From assembly GCA_002405915.1 (NCBI GenBank), contig DHMS01000033.1, positions 114,895 through 178,894 of the forward strand: a DNA stretch of 64,000 nt, given 5' to 3'. Position 1 is the first letter of the stretch; each line of letters starts with the position of its first letter. The notes under the pieces are model-generated. The model did not search any database, was not told the origin of the DNA, and saw nothing but the letters and a program-made list of their open reading frames with translations. Positions 27,284-34,176 of the stretch are shown here, piece after piece. This DNA comes from Christensenella sp. UBA4636 (GTDB lineage: Bacteria; Bacillota; Clostridia; Christensenellales; Borkfalkiaceae). The position numbers and the translations under genes are program-made.

Positions 27284-27317
27284 ATAAAAAAAGTAGACCT
27301 TGTAAAAAAGTCTACTT
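27284..27317 (-). terminator. Intrinsic terminator-like hairpin inside the dcw cluster (between the ftsL-like gene and the PBP gene)
   Basis: The minus strand reads AAGTAGAC-TTTTTTACAAG-GTCTACTT followed by TTTTTTATG. Confidence 0.5.
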
Positions 27318-27344
27318 CAAAACTATCCTAAAAAGGTTAAATTA

Positions 27345-27461
27345 GCCCGTAGAGTGCGTCGTATTGACACAGCCGGTCGACGAATGTTGACGGGTGCGTA
27401 CTATACGTACGTAACCGAAACCGAGGCGGCACGCAGTGTCAAGACGGCGTGCTATCCGGGT
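27345..27461 (+). ncRNA. Candidate structured RNA element (long imperfect closing stem with internal hairpins); identity unknown
   Basis: Positions 27345-27370 pair with 27436-27461 over 26 positions: 19 Watson-Crick pairs, 4 G-U pairs and 3 mismatches. The G-U pairs exist only if the plus strand is transcribed. Inner hairpins are GTCGAC-GAAT-GTTGAC and GCGTAC..GTACGT. TTAATTTTTG follows on the plus strand. Confidence 0.3.
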
Positions 27462-28081
27462 TAATTTTTGACCATGCCCATTTCGAGAGCTTTTTTCTCA
27501 ATCTCTTCGTCGTCGGAAACGACGGAAAGCTCTTCACGGAGCTGTTCCGTTTCTTGCTTTAAGGATTCGAGACGGGATTGCTGGGAAGAAATGGCGTTGT
27601 TCATGTTCTTCAAAAGGCGCGTGTTCAATATGATGAGCGCGAAGATTGCGGCAACGACTATCGCGTAAACGGCGATGAGAACTTTGCCTTTGGTGTTGAT
27701 ACGATATCTTTTGTCGCTTTCTACTTCGTAATCGCTTCTGAAATCCTCGTAAGGGTTGGTGTGGAGCTGTTCCTCTTCGACGAATTGCATAGTGGTGCGA
27801 CCCGGGGTGCTTTCCTCTTCGAAAGCTTTTCTTTCGGGTTCGGCGTAAGCGGAAGGAGCTTCGCGCTTTACGTCATAAGAATAGGGCGCGCGGCGAGTTT
27901 GTTCTTCTTCGGCGGGCGCGGCATAAGAAACCTGAGAAGGAGCTTCTTCCCTCTCGTAAAGCATTTTTTCAAAGTCGTCGGCAGGGTAGGACGATGTCCT
28001 CGAGCCGCGAAGAGTACCGTCGTCATAGGCGTAGGCAGACGAGCCTTGCGTACGGTATTTTTTTTCGTCGTTATAGTTCAT
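27461..28081 (-). CDS. FtsL-like septum-formation protein (single TM + coiled coil) with a ~130-aa Tyr/Glu/Ala/Pro-rich N-terminal extension
   Basis: 206 aa located between rsmH and the PBP gene. It has a TM (VLIAVYAIVVAAIFALIILN) followed by a coiled coil (NNAISSQQSRLESLKQETEQLREELS). Confidence 0.6.
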   Translation of the reverse strand: MNYNDEKKYRTQGSSAYAYDDGTLRGSRTSSYPADDFEKMLYEREEAPSQVSYAAPAEEEQTRRAPYSYDVKREAPSAYAEPERKAFEEESTPGRTTMQFVEEEQLHTNPYEDFRSDYEVESDKRYRINTKGKVLIAVYAIVVAAIFALIILNTRLLKNMNNAISSQQSRLESLKQETEQLREELSVVSDDEEIEKKALEMGMVKN

Positions 28082-28144
28082 TTTTGGTCCCTCTCGATTT
28101 TACTTTCTCGTATTTTCCTTGCCGTATTTTTCTCGGCATAGTAA

Positions 28145-29077
28145 TTAAAGTTTTTCAATAACCCTTAGTTTCGCGCTTTTGGAGCGGGGGTTGTCCGCCC
28201 TCTCCTTTTCTGTGGCTACGAGAGGCTTTCTCGTAACTTCCTTGACGATTTCCTTTCTGCCGCAAACGCAAATCGGCAAACTTTTGTCGCAAGTACAGCC
28301 GGTTGAAAGGTCTTTGAAAACGTTCTTTACTATTCTGTCCTCTAAGGAGTGGAAGGTAATAACGGCTAATCTTCCGCCCTTAGCGAGCCTTAACGCCATT
28401 TCTCTCAAAACCGCGTCGAGTCCTTCAAGCTCTCCGTTTACTTCGATACGAATTGCCTGAAAGGTTCTTTTTGCCGGATGACCGTCCCGTTGAAATTTTT
28501 TCGGTATACTTTGTTCGATAATTTTTACAAGCTCGCCGCAAGTTTTTACGGGTGAAATTTCACGCGATTTTACTATGTTTTCGGCGATTTTTTTCGAAAA
28601 TCTCTCTTCTCCGTATTTATCTATTACTTCCGCGAGAGCTTTCTCGGAATAGGTATTGACGACGTCGTAAGCCGAAAAGGATTGTTCCTCGTTCATGCGC
28701 ATGTCGAGCTTTTCGTCGACCGCCATGTAGGAAAAACCCCTTTCGCGCATATCGAGCTGCATGCTCGATACGCCGAGGTCTACGAGTATTCCGTCGAACT
28801 TATCTATATTAAGCTCGTCCGCTACAATCGAAAAATTTTTAAAATTATCATGAACCGCGGTAAACCGCTTTCCGTATGAAAAAAACTTTGTCAAAGCGTT
28901 GTTTACGGCAAGCGTATCGAGGTCGGTTGATATAAGTTTTGAATCCTCCGCGCGCTTCAATATTTCGCCGCTGTGTCCGCCCGCTCCCAAAGTTGCGTCG
29001 AAGTAAACGCCGCCCTTTTTGAGATTCAAGTTTTCCATGCACTCTTCAAGCATGACGGGAACGTGCTTAATTTCCAT
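28145..29077 (-). CDS. rsmH: 16S rRNA (cytosine1402-N4)-methyltransferase RsmH/MraW
   Basis: 310 aa beginning HVPVMLEECMENL, with DATLGAGGHS and the FHSLEDRIVK motif. It directly follows mraZ. Confidence 0.95.
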   Translation of the reverse strand: MEIKHVPVMLEECMENLNLKKGGVYFDATLGAGGHSGEILKRAEDSKLISTDLDTLAVNNALTKFFSYGKRFTAVHDNFKNFSIVADELNIDKFDGILVDLGVSSMQLDMRERGFSYMAVDEKLDMRMNEEQSFSAYDVVNTYSEKALAEVIDKYGEERFSKKIAENIVKSREISPVKTCGELVKIIEQSIPKKFQRDGHPAKRTFQAIRIEVNGELEGLDAVLREMALRLAKGGRLAVITFHSLEDRIVKNVFKDLSTGCTCDKSLPICVCGRKEIVKEVTRKPLVATEKERADNPRSKSAKLRVIEKL

Positions 29078-29510
29078 TTTTCCTCTCTTTATAAAGCTCG
29101 TTGAGCTTTGCGAGGACTTCTTTGTTCGTATACTTCTTTCTTACTTCCTCGCGACGTTCTTTGCTCATTATGTCGATATGGTCGCCCATACCGATGGTAA
29201 CTACTTCGCTACCTATCGCGACTTGGCGGCGGATAGGTTCCGGTATCATGACTCTTCCTTGCCCGTCCTCTTCGGCGGGGTAGAAGTTGCCGAGATAGTT
29301 CGCGGCGATATCGCAAAGTTCTTCGTCGAAAGGAGACACGTCCTTAAGCACGGCAAATTTCTCGTCCATCGTCTTTGACGAATAAACGCTGATGACTCCC
29401 TCTCTCAATACGCTAAAAACGTATTCTTCGCCCTTGGGAAGCTTAAACTTCGTCGGTATTCTTATTCTTTTTTTAGCGTCAACCGCATGGGTGTACTCGC
29501 CGTAAAACAT
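29067..29510 (-). CDS. mraZ: Transcriptional regulator MraZ
   Basis: 147 aa beginning MFYGEYTHAVDAKKRIRIPTKFK, with a second SpoVT-AbrB-like repeat (DGQGRVMIPEPIRR). It is the first gene of the dcw operon. Confidence 0.95.
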   Translation of the reverse strand: MFYGEYTHAVDAKKRIRIPTKFKLPKGEEYVFSVLREGVISVYSSKTMDEKFAVLKDVSPFDEELCDIAANYLGNFYPAEEDGQGRVMIPEPIRRQVAIGSEVVTIGMGDHIDIMSKERREEVRKKYTNKEVLAKLNELYKERKNGN

Positions 29511-29545
29511 ACCTCAAAGGCACTCCTCGTTTTTATCGTACATAT

Positions 29546-29578
29546 ATCATATCACAACATTGCGCCACAATCAACCAC
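29546..29578 (-). promoter_or_regulatory. dcw promoter with overlapping MraZ-box-like 10-nt phased repeats
   Basis: The minus strand reads TTGATT (29574-29569), 17-nt spacer, TATGAT (29551-29546), preceded by TGTG. The boxes GTGG / GTGG / GTTG start exactly 10 nt apart (29578, 29568, 29558), and a degenerate GTAG lies one turn further upstream. Confidence 0.45.
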
Positions 29579-29602
29579 TTTTGACTACTTTTTCGAAAAT
29601 TT

Positions 29603-30364
29603 TTAAAAATATTTTTTGAAAATCTTAGAACATTTGTGCGATTTTATGCCCTCTAAATTAGAAAAAGTCAGAAAATTACGCGATTTATCGTTGCCGAGGA
29701 AGTTTTTTGCCGTAATTTGTAGAGCCGGGCTTTCGGTGGTCGGCTGTCCCACGGTTTTTTGTAAAAAGAGAGAAAGTTCGGCGATAAGAGGGTCTATGCC
29801 GTCAAAGATTTTAGCGGGATAATAAAAATTTTTTAAAAACTCCGAAAGAAAAATAAAATGCGTGCAGCCCGCGAAAACACGGTCGAAATTTTTTTCGGGC
29901 AAAGATTTTTTAAAAAAGGAAAAATTTTTAGGAAAAGGCTCTTTTTCGAGAGAAGTCACCCACCCCTCGGGCGCGACGACGGTGACATGCTTATTTTCGC
30001 CTAAAAGCTTTTTAGTTGCCGCCGCCGTTGCCGAAGTGCATAAAAGCAAAGTTTCGCCTTTTACCTCTCCGATATTCGGGCGCACGCCGAAAAAGGGCTT
30101 TTTAAAACGCGCTTGCAATAAGCTTAAGGAGTTAGTCGTGAGCGTGTTGCATGCGAGAACGACCGCCGAAAAATTTTCGATAAGAGGCTTTATAGCGGTT
30201 TCGGCAAGCGAAAATAATTGCTCCGGCTTCTTTGTTCCGTAAGGCGCGTTCTTAAAGTCGGACAAATAGTAAAAATCTATGTATTTAAAGGTGTTTTTCA
30301 AGCGAAAAAGCACGTTAAGTCCGCCTATGCCGGAATCGAAAACAAGGATTTTAAAAGATTCCAT
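29603..30364 (-). CDS. murI: Glutamate racemase MurI
   Basis: ORF 29603..30433. The likely start is ATG 30364 (MESFKILVFDSGIGGLNV). The catalytic Cys contexts VLACNTLT and FAGCTHF are present. Confidence 0.85.
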   Translation of the reverse strand: MESFKILVFDSGIGGLNVLFRLKNTFKYIDFYYLSDFKNAPYGTKKPEQLFSLAETAIKPLIENFSAVVLACNTLTTNSLSLLQARFKKPFFGVRPNIGEVKGETLLLCTSATAAATKKLLGENKHVTVVAPEGWVTSLEKEPFPKNFSFFKKSLPEKNFDRVFAGCTHFIFLSEFLKNFYYPAKIFDGIDPLIAELSLFLQKTVGQPTTESPALQITAKNFLGNDKSRNFLTFSNLEGIKSHKCSKIFKKYF

Positions 30365-30450
30365 AGAATATAATATGCGGCAAAAAGCGGGTCGGAAGCA
30401 AAAATATAAAACTTTATTATTATAAAAATGCAAAATCCGACTAAAAACCC

Positions 30451-30479
30451 TTGCAAAACGGCAAAGTATATGATAAAAT
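30451..30479 (+). promoter_or_regulatory. Sigma-A-type promoter of rpsT
   Basis: TTGCAA (30451-30456), 17-nt spacer, TAAAAT (30474-30479), with TG at -15/-14. Confidence 0.55.
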
Positions 30480-30537
30480 TAGCGGGTAAATACGAAAAAA
30501 CGCCCGCAAAAAGGCGTTACCATAAAGGAGACAACAA

Positions 30538-30801
30538 ATGCCTAACATTAAGTCCGCTAAAAAACGCGTTATCGTAAACGACAAGAAGAACGCCGGAAAC
30601 AGAAGCGCAAACGCAGAAGTCAAGACCGCTATGAAGAAGGTCAACGCCGCTATCGAAGCAGGCGATAAGGCTGCCGCTACGGAAGCTTACAAAGCCGCCG
30701 CTAAACTTATCGACAGCGCGGTTTCCGCAGGCAGAATGCACATCAACACCGCGGCTAACAAAAAGTCCGGTTTTGCTAAGCGCATCAACGCTCTTGCGTA
30801 A
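30538..30801 (+). CDS. rpsT: 30S ribosomal protein bS20
   Basis: 87 aa beginning MPNIKSAKKRVIVNDKKNAGNRS, a typical S20 N-terminus. The SD AAAGGAG lies upstream. Confidence 0.95.
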   Translation: MPNIKSAKKRVIVNDKKNAGNRSANAEVKTAMKKVNAAIEAGDKAAATEAYKAAAKLIDSAVSAGRMHINTAANKKSGFAKRINALA

Positions 30802-30830
30802 GACAAATTAAAAACTTTCATTAAAGACTT

Positions 30831-30858
30831 AGGGCGAGCTTTACGTTCGCCCTTTTTG
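30831..30858 (+). terminator. Intrinsic terminator of rpsT
   Basis: GGGCGA (30832-30837), loop, TCGCCC (30847-30852), followed by TTTTT. Confidence 0.7.
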
Positions 30859-30947
30859 TCGTATGCGAATTTTTCGTGTTTATAGCGCAGAAAAAGTACG
30901 GCGACGATATAAATTCGCCTTTACAAATTTTTTTCCGCCGCCTCCCC

Positions 30948-30982
30948 GCCGCCCGTTTGCGTTTTTAGCGGCGGCTTTTTTG
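30948..30982 (+). terminator. Second terminator-like GC hairpin + T-run in the rpsT/31060 intergenic region
   Basis: GCCGCC (30948-30953), 16-nt loop, GGCGGC (30970-30975), followed by TTTTTTG. It is unclear which transcript it would end. Confidence 0.35.
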
Positions 30983-31059
30983 TTTGCAAAGTATAAAAGC
31001 AAATTAAGTCGGGCATAAACATTCCGTAGCCGAAAAGAAACGGCACATGGAGGAATTTT

Positions 31060-32307
31060 ATGAACCCGTTTAAAGTTTTACCTAAAACCGACGAAATAGC
31101 TTACGAAAAGCAGACCGCGCTATCCCTTGCGCCGTACGACAAGTTAGCTGCTTTGCCCTACACGAAAACGCGAATTATTTTGCTTTCGGGCGCAGAATTC
31201 GAAGCCAACTGGTTTTTGCACCAATTCAACAGACATTGCCTAAACAACGACGTAAGGCGTATTTTAGCCGCCGTGCGCCGCGACGAGCAGCAACAGCAAA
31301 AAGCACTTTCTTCCCTAAAACCGCTTGACGAAAACATTCTCGAAACGACAATCGCCTACGAGCAACTTGCCGTCGACTTAACGGCGGAAATGGCGGAAAA
31401 AGAAAAAAATTTATTCGTCAAGGCTCAACTCAACTTTGCGCTTTTGGAAGATTTTGACCACCTTTACCGATATTCCGACCTATTAGACATGGAAAACGGC
31501 TTCAACGGTTACGACTACACGGGCGGATACACGGAGATAACGCCGGGCAGACCGACCGTTGCCGAACCGCGACATCCCGACGACGACGTTCGCCGTTATA
31601 TCAATTTTTGGCAAGACGACCTCTTGACAATTCTGCACACGGGCATAATCACCGCCGCCGAACAACAGACGATGAACTACTATATGAACGTCGGCAACAC
31701 CTACCCCACCGACGAGGGGCGCAAACTGTATTCCGAAATCGCGATGATAGAAGAACAACACGTCACCGGTTACGGCGCGCTTTGCGACCCGTCGCTTTGC
31801 TGGTTTGAAAGCTGGGTAGTACACGAATACACCGAATGCTACCTTTATTATTCCGCCTACGAGGACGAAACGGACGCGCGACTTAAAAAGCTTTGGCTCA
31901 AAAATTACGAAAAGGAACTCGTTCACTTAAAAATCGCAGTCGAAACAATGCAAAAGTACAACGGCAGAGCGTGGGAGCAACTCTTTAAAGGCGGAGCCGA
32001 CTTCCCAAGTCTAATTAAACTTCGCCCGCACAAAGAGTATATCCGCAACGTTTTAAAGTCGATTAGGCTCACCGGTTACAAGGAAGATTTGGTTAAAATC
32101 ACCGAACTGCCCGACGATTACGGATTTTTCAAATATCAGGACGAAGTGGTAACGCCCGACGGCGCGGCGACGCATAACGTTATCGAACGCTATATAAAGG
32201 AAAAAGGCAAAGACTACCGAACCGAGGACGCGCCGCACCCCGACAAGCTTCTCCGCGACAGAAAGAAGGACAACACTACGCTCGGCAGAGTAAAAACGCC
32301 CGAGTAA
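31060..32307 (+). CDS. Hypothetical protein, possibly ferritin-like/diiron-carboxylate superfamily
   Basis: 415-aa ORF with the SD GGAGGA upstream. It has ExxH-like pairs (LEDFDHLY, IEEQHVTGY) plus RRDEQQQQ and AAEQQT helices. The assignment is by eye only. Confidence 0.35.
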   Translation: MNPFKVLPKTDEIAYEKQTALSLAPYDKLAALPYTKTRIILLSGAEFEANWFLHQFNRHCLNNDVRRILAAVRRDEQQQQKALSSLKPLDENILETTIAYEQLAVDLTAEMAEKEKNLFVKAQLNFALLEDFDHLYRYSDLLDMENGFNGYDYTGGYTEITPGRPTVAEPRHPDDDVRRYINFWQDDLLTILHTGIITAAEQQTMNYYMNVGNTYPTDEGRKLYSEIAMIEEQHVTGYGALCDPSLCWFESWVVHEYTECYLYYSAYEDETDARLKKLWLKNYEKELVHLKIAVETMQKYNGRAWEQLFKGGADFPSLIKLRPHKEYIRNVLKSIRLTGYKEDLVKITELPDDYGFFKYQDEVVTPDGAATHNVIERYIKEKGKDYRTEDAPHPDKLLRDRKKDNTTLGRVKTPE

Positions 32308-32336
32308 AACGCAACGCTCGGCAGAGTAAAAACGCC
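32278..32336 (+). repeat. 36-nt tandem duplication spanning the stop codon of the 415-aa gene
   Basis: ACGCTCGGCAGAGTAAAAACGCC occurs at 32278-32300 and again at 32314-32336. The second copy re-encodes TLGRVKTPE plus a stop, in frame, directly after the real stop. Confidence 0.85.
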
Positions 32337-32410
32337 AGAATAACCCCGAGCAAAGAGAAAAACTTCCGATTTTCACGTCGGAAGTTTTTCTGTATACGGA
32401 TATATAAAGC

Positions 32411-32992
32411 CTATTTTACATGGCGGATTTTGCGTTCTTCGGAGAATTTTTCCACCCACCGCTTAGTGTAGGCGTAAAGCTCGTCAAGCGTGACGGCGGA
32501 GTAGCCGCGACAATATTTTATATATTCGCAAGTAAGCCCCTCGACGAAAATGTTAATTTCCACGTCCACGAACTGCCTGTCAACGATATCTCGACTTTCG
32601 TTGCAAAGTTCCAAAAGCTTGCCGGAAGCTACGCTCGTAAGCTTTTTAGCAGCGAACAAAAAATCGTTTGAGCGGCACAACAAACGGTAGTTTTCGTCGT
32701 TTTTCCTTATATAATCGAAGAATACGTCGACGAACTGCTCGGCGTTTTCGGCGGACAAAAGGCGCGCGTTATCGAAGAACGCGTCTATAAGCTCGTTTTC
32801 GAAGTCCTCGGCGACAGCATAAATATCGTCGTAATGAGAATAGAACGCGCCGCGGCTCAAATCGGCGCGCTTACATAGTTCGCTGACGTAAATTTTGTCA
32901 AGCTGCTTTTTTTCGGCAAGCATTTCCGCGAATACTTTTTTTATGAGCGTTCTCGTTTTTCTCGAAGAACTGTTTACGTTTGCGGCTTTCAT
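32411..32992 (-). CDS. TetR/AcrR-family transcriptional regulator
   Basis: ORF 32411..33142. The likely start is ATG 32992 (MKAANVNSSSRKTRTLIKKVFAEMLAEKKQLDKIYVSELCKRADLSRGAFYSHY), which has AGAGGTG upstream. The N-terminal HTH is typical of TetR. Confidence 0.8.
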   Translation of the reverse strand: MKAANVNSSSRKTRTLIKKVFAEMLAEKKQLDKIYVSELCKRADLSRGAFYSHYDDIYAVAEDFENELIDAFFDNARLLSAENAEQFVDVFFDYIRKNDENYRLLCRSNDFLFAAKKLTSVASGKLLELCNESRDIVDRQFVDVEINIFVEGLTCEYIKYCRGYSAVTLDELYAYTKRWVEKFSEERKIRHVK

Positions 32993-33070
32993 AGGCACCT
33001 CTTTTTGTCTTTTTACTCTGATTTTTGCTTTTTTTCGCGAATTTTCGAAATATTTATTTACAATATCGTG

Positions 33071-33164
33071 AACAGTGTAAACATTTGAACAGTGACGGCA
33101 AAAAAGTACTTCCGAAACGTTCGCAATAATAGTATAATGCAACAGTGTTCAAAAGTCAACAGTG
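33071..33164. promoter_or_regulatory. Candidate TetR operator sites: four AACAGTG repeats in two 17-nt-spaced pairs
   Basis: AACAGTG occurs at 33071, 33088, 33141 and 33158. The second pair lies immediately downstream of a TATAAT (33133-33138) that faces the plus-strand ABC remnant. Confidence 0.4.
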
Positions 33165-33196
33165 TTTACAAAAAAAATATAAAGGAGCAAAAAAAC

Positions 33197-33349
33197 ATGC
33201 ACGTTATCGAAGTTGAAAACTTAACCAAAGATTACGGCGCGGGGAACGTGAACGGGCTTTCAGGTTGGAAAAAGCAAAGCGAAAGTTCACGCATTATAGG
33301 CTACCTTGCGGGCGAAATTAAGTTCGTCAAAAAGCATTTGCCGCTGTAA
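33197..33349 (+). pseudogene. Truncated remnant of an ABC-transporter ATP-binding gene
   Basis: Good SD (AAGGAG), then MHVIEVENLTKDYGAGN, a typical ABC ATPase N-terminus. There is no Walker A, and a stop comes after 50 codons. Confidence 0.4.
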
Positions 33350-33380
33350 CGTAAATATACCAAAAAGGCGGACTGAAAAA

Positions 33381-33866
33381 ATGAAAGACTTTTCGAAAAT
33401 TTTAAAGCAGGCGGAAAACCTCGACGCAACCACGCGAAAAACCGAAATAATTTATAGCTCGGCAAAAGTCTTATCCGTGCTTTTAAGCGAAGAAAGCGGC
33501 GCCGAAGCCGTCAACGCGCTCGTAAGCTTTATCATCGGCGCAACGGCGGACGGGGGCAAAATAAACGAGCGGGAGTATCTTGCGATATATCCCGCCCTCG
33601 TTACCGCTTTCGGTCCCGGATACGACTTTTATTCCGTAAAACGCTCCTTTGACGGGCTAATTGCGACGAAGCGCATAATAAGGCAAAGCGTTTCCACCCT
33701 TTCCGCCGCCCTCCGCATAACCTCGGAAATAACCCTCGACGACGTGATATCGCTTTACGCCTTAATCCTAATGCCAACTTTCGGCAAGCTCTCCCTAAAG
33801 CACAAAGCCCACCTCGCCCGCCTAACGTTGAAACCGACGGGAAAAACTGGAAAGACGGGTAAGTGA
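33381..33866 (+). CDS. Hypothetical protein (161 aa), helical; TerB-like at best
   Basis: ORF 33306..33866. The internal ATG at 33381 (MKDFSKILKQAENLD) follows an A/G-rich stretch. The C-terminal tail is PTGKTGKTGK. Confidence 0.4.
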   Translation: MKDFSKILKQAENLDATTRKTEIIYSSAKVLSVLLSEESGAEAVNALVSFIIGATADGGKINEREYLAIYPALVTAFGPGYDFYSVKRSFDGLIATKRIIRQSVSTLSAALRITSEITLDDVISLYALILMPTFGKLSLKHKAHLARLTLKPTGKTGKTGK

Positions 33867-33922
33867 GTGGTGCTATAGGAGTGCAAGCAAAAAAAGAAGA
33901 AGTATTATGCAGTAACAAAAAA

Positions 33923-33963
33923 GAACAAGCGACCACCCAAAAGATAGCCGCTTGTTTTTTGTT
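33923..33963 (+). terminator. Intrinsic terminator after the 161-aa gene
   Basis: GAACAAGCG (33923-33931) ... CGCTTGTT (33949-33956), followed by TTTTTGTTG. Confidence 0.6.
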
Positions 33964-33965
33964 GT

Positions 33966-34008
33966 TTAACCTATTTTAACCTATTTTGTCTTTTAAAAAA
34001 TAGGTTAA
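33966..34008. repeat. Tandem AACCTATTTT x2 plus an inverted copy (AAAATAGGTTAA)
   Basis: Read directly from the sequence: TTAACCTATTTT AACCTATTTT GTCTTTTAA AAAATAGGTTAA. It lies at the left edge of the lower-GC AbiE island. Confidence 0.8.
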
Positions 34009-34066
34009 ACATATCATTTACTTTTTGTTATCCATTTCTATCAGTCAAACTTTATTAAATTTTTTG

Positions 34067-34134
34067 CACAGAAAAAAGGACTACCGAATACCAAAAAACA
34101 GCTTGGGATAGTCCTTGTTTTTTATAATTTATAT
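34067..34134. repeat. Left copy of the ~65-bp imperfect direct repeat flanking the AbiE cassette (also a minus-strand terminator)
   Basis: The left copy reads CACAGAAAAAAGGACTACCGAATACCAAAAAACAGCTTGGGATAGTCCTTGTTTTTTATAATTTATA. The right copy (35938-36002) reads CACAAAAAAGAACTATCGAAAGCCGAAAAACAGCTTAGGATAGCCCTTTATTGCTATAATTTATA. Confidence 0.75.
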
Positions 34135-34176
34135 TTTTTGCGAACGCTTGAAAAAACTTTCGTCACGGATTTTACG

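Noticed and set aside
27345-27461. A tRNA or known riboswitch, because the element begins GCCCGTAGAG, like a tRNA acceptor/D-arm
   Set aside because: At about 117 nt it is too long. It has no T-loop (GTTCGAATC-like) or D-loop consensus, and I could not match it to SRP, 6S, tmRNA, T-box or common riboswitch cores by eye. I kept it only as an unclassified structured candidate.
29579-29600. Shared blocks (TTTYGAAAAAGTRG, GGTTGMT, GTTGTGATAKRAT) between the mraZ promoter and the two promoters upstream of the phage-module regulator (49866-49885, 50033-50060), suggesting a common specific regulator
   Set aside because: The shared blocks coincide with generic sigma-A features: an A-rich UP-element proximal subsite, the -35, and the TRTG-extended -10. 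The similarity therefore needs no special factor.
30441-30741. Minus-strand ORFs (67 and 74 aa) overlapping rpsT and its promoter
   Set aside because: They are antisense to a highly conserved ribosomal protein gene and have no start signals.
30862-31035. A 57-codon ORF (MRIFRVYSAEKVRRRYKFAFTNFFPPPPRRPFAFLAAAFLFAKYKSKLSRA) between rpsT and the ferritin-like gene
   Set aside because: It has no SD, and its sequence is dominated by the GC hairpin and T-run of a terminator-like element.
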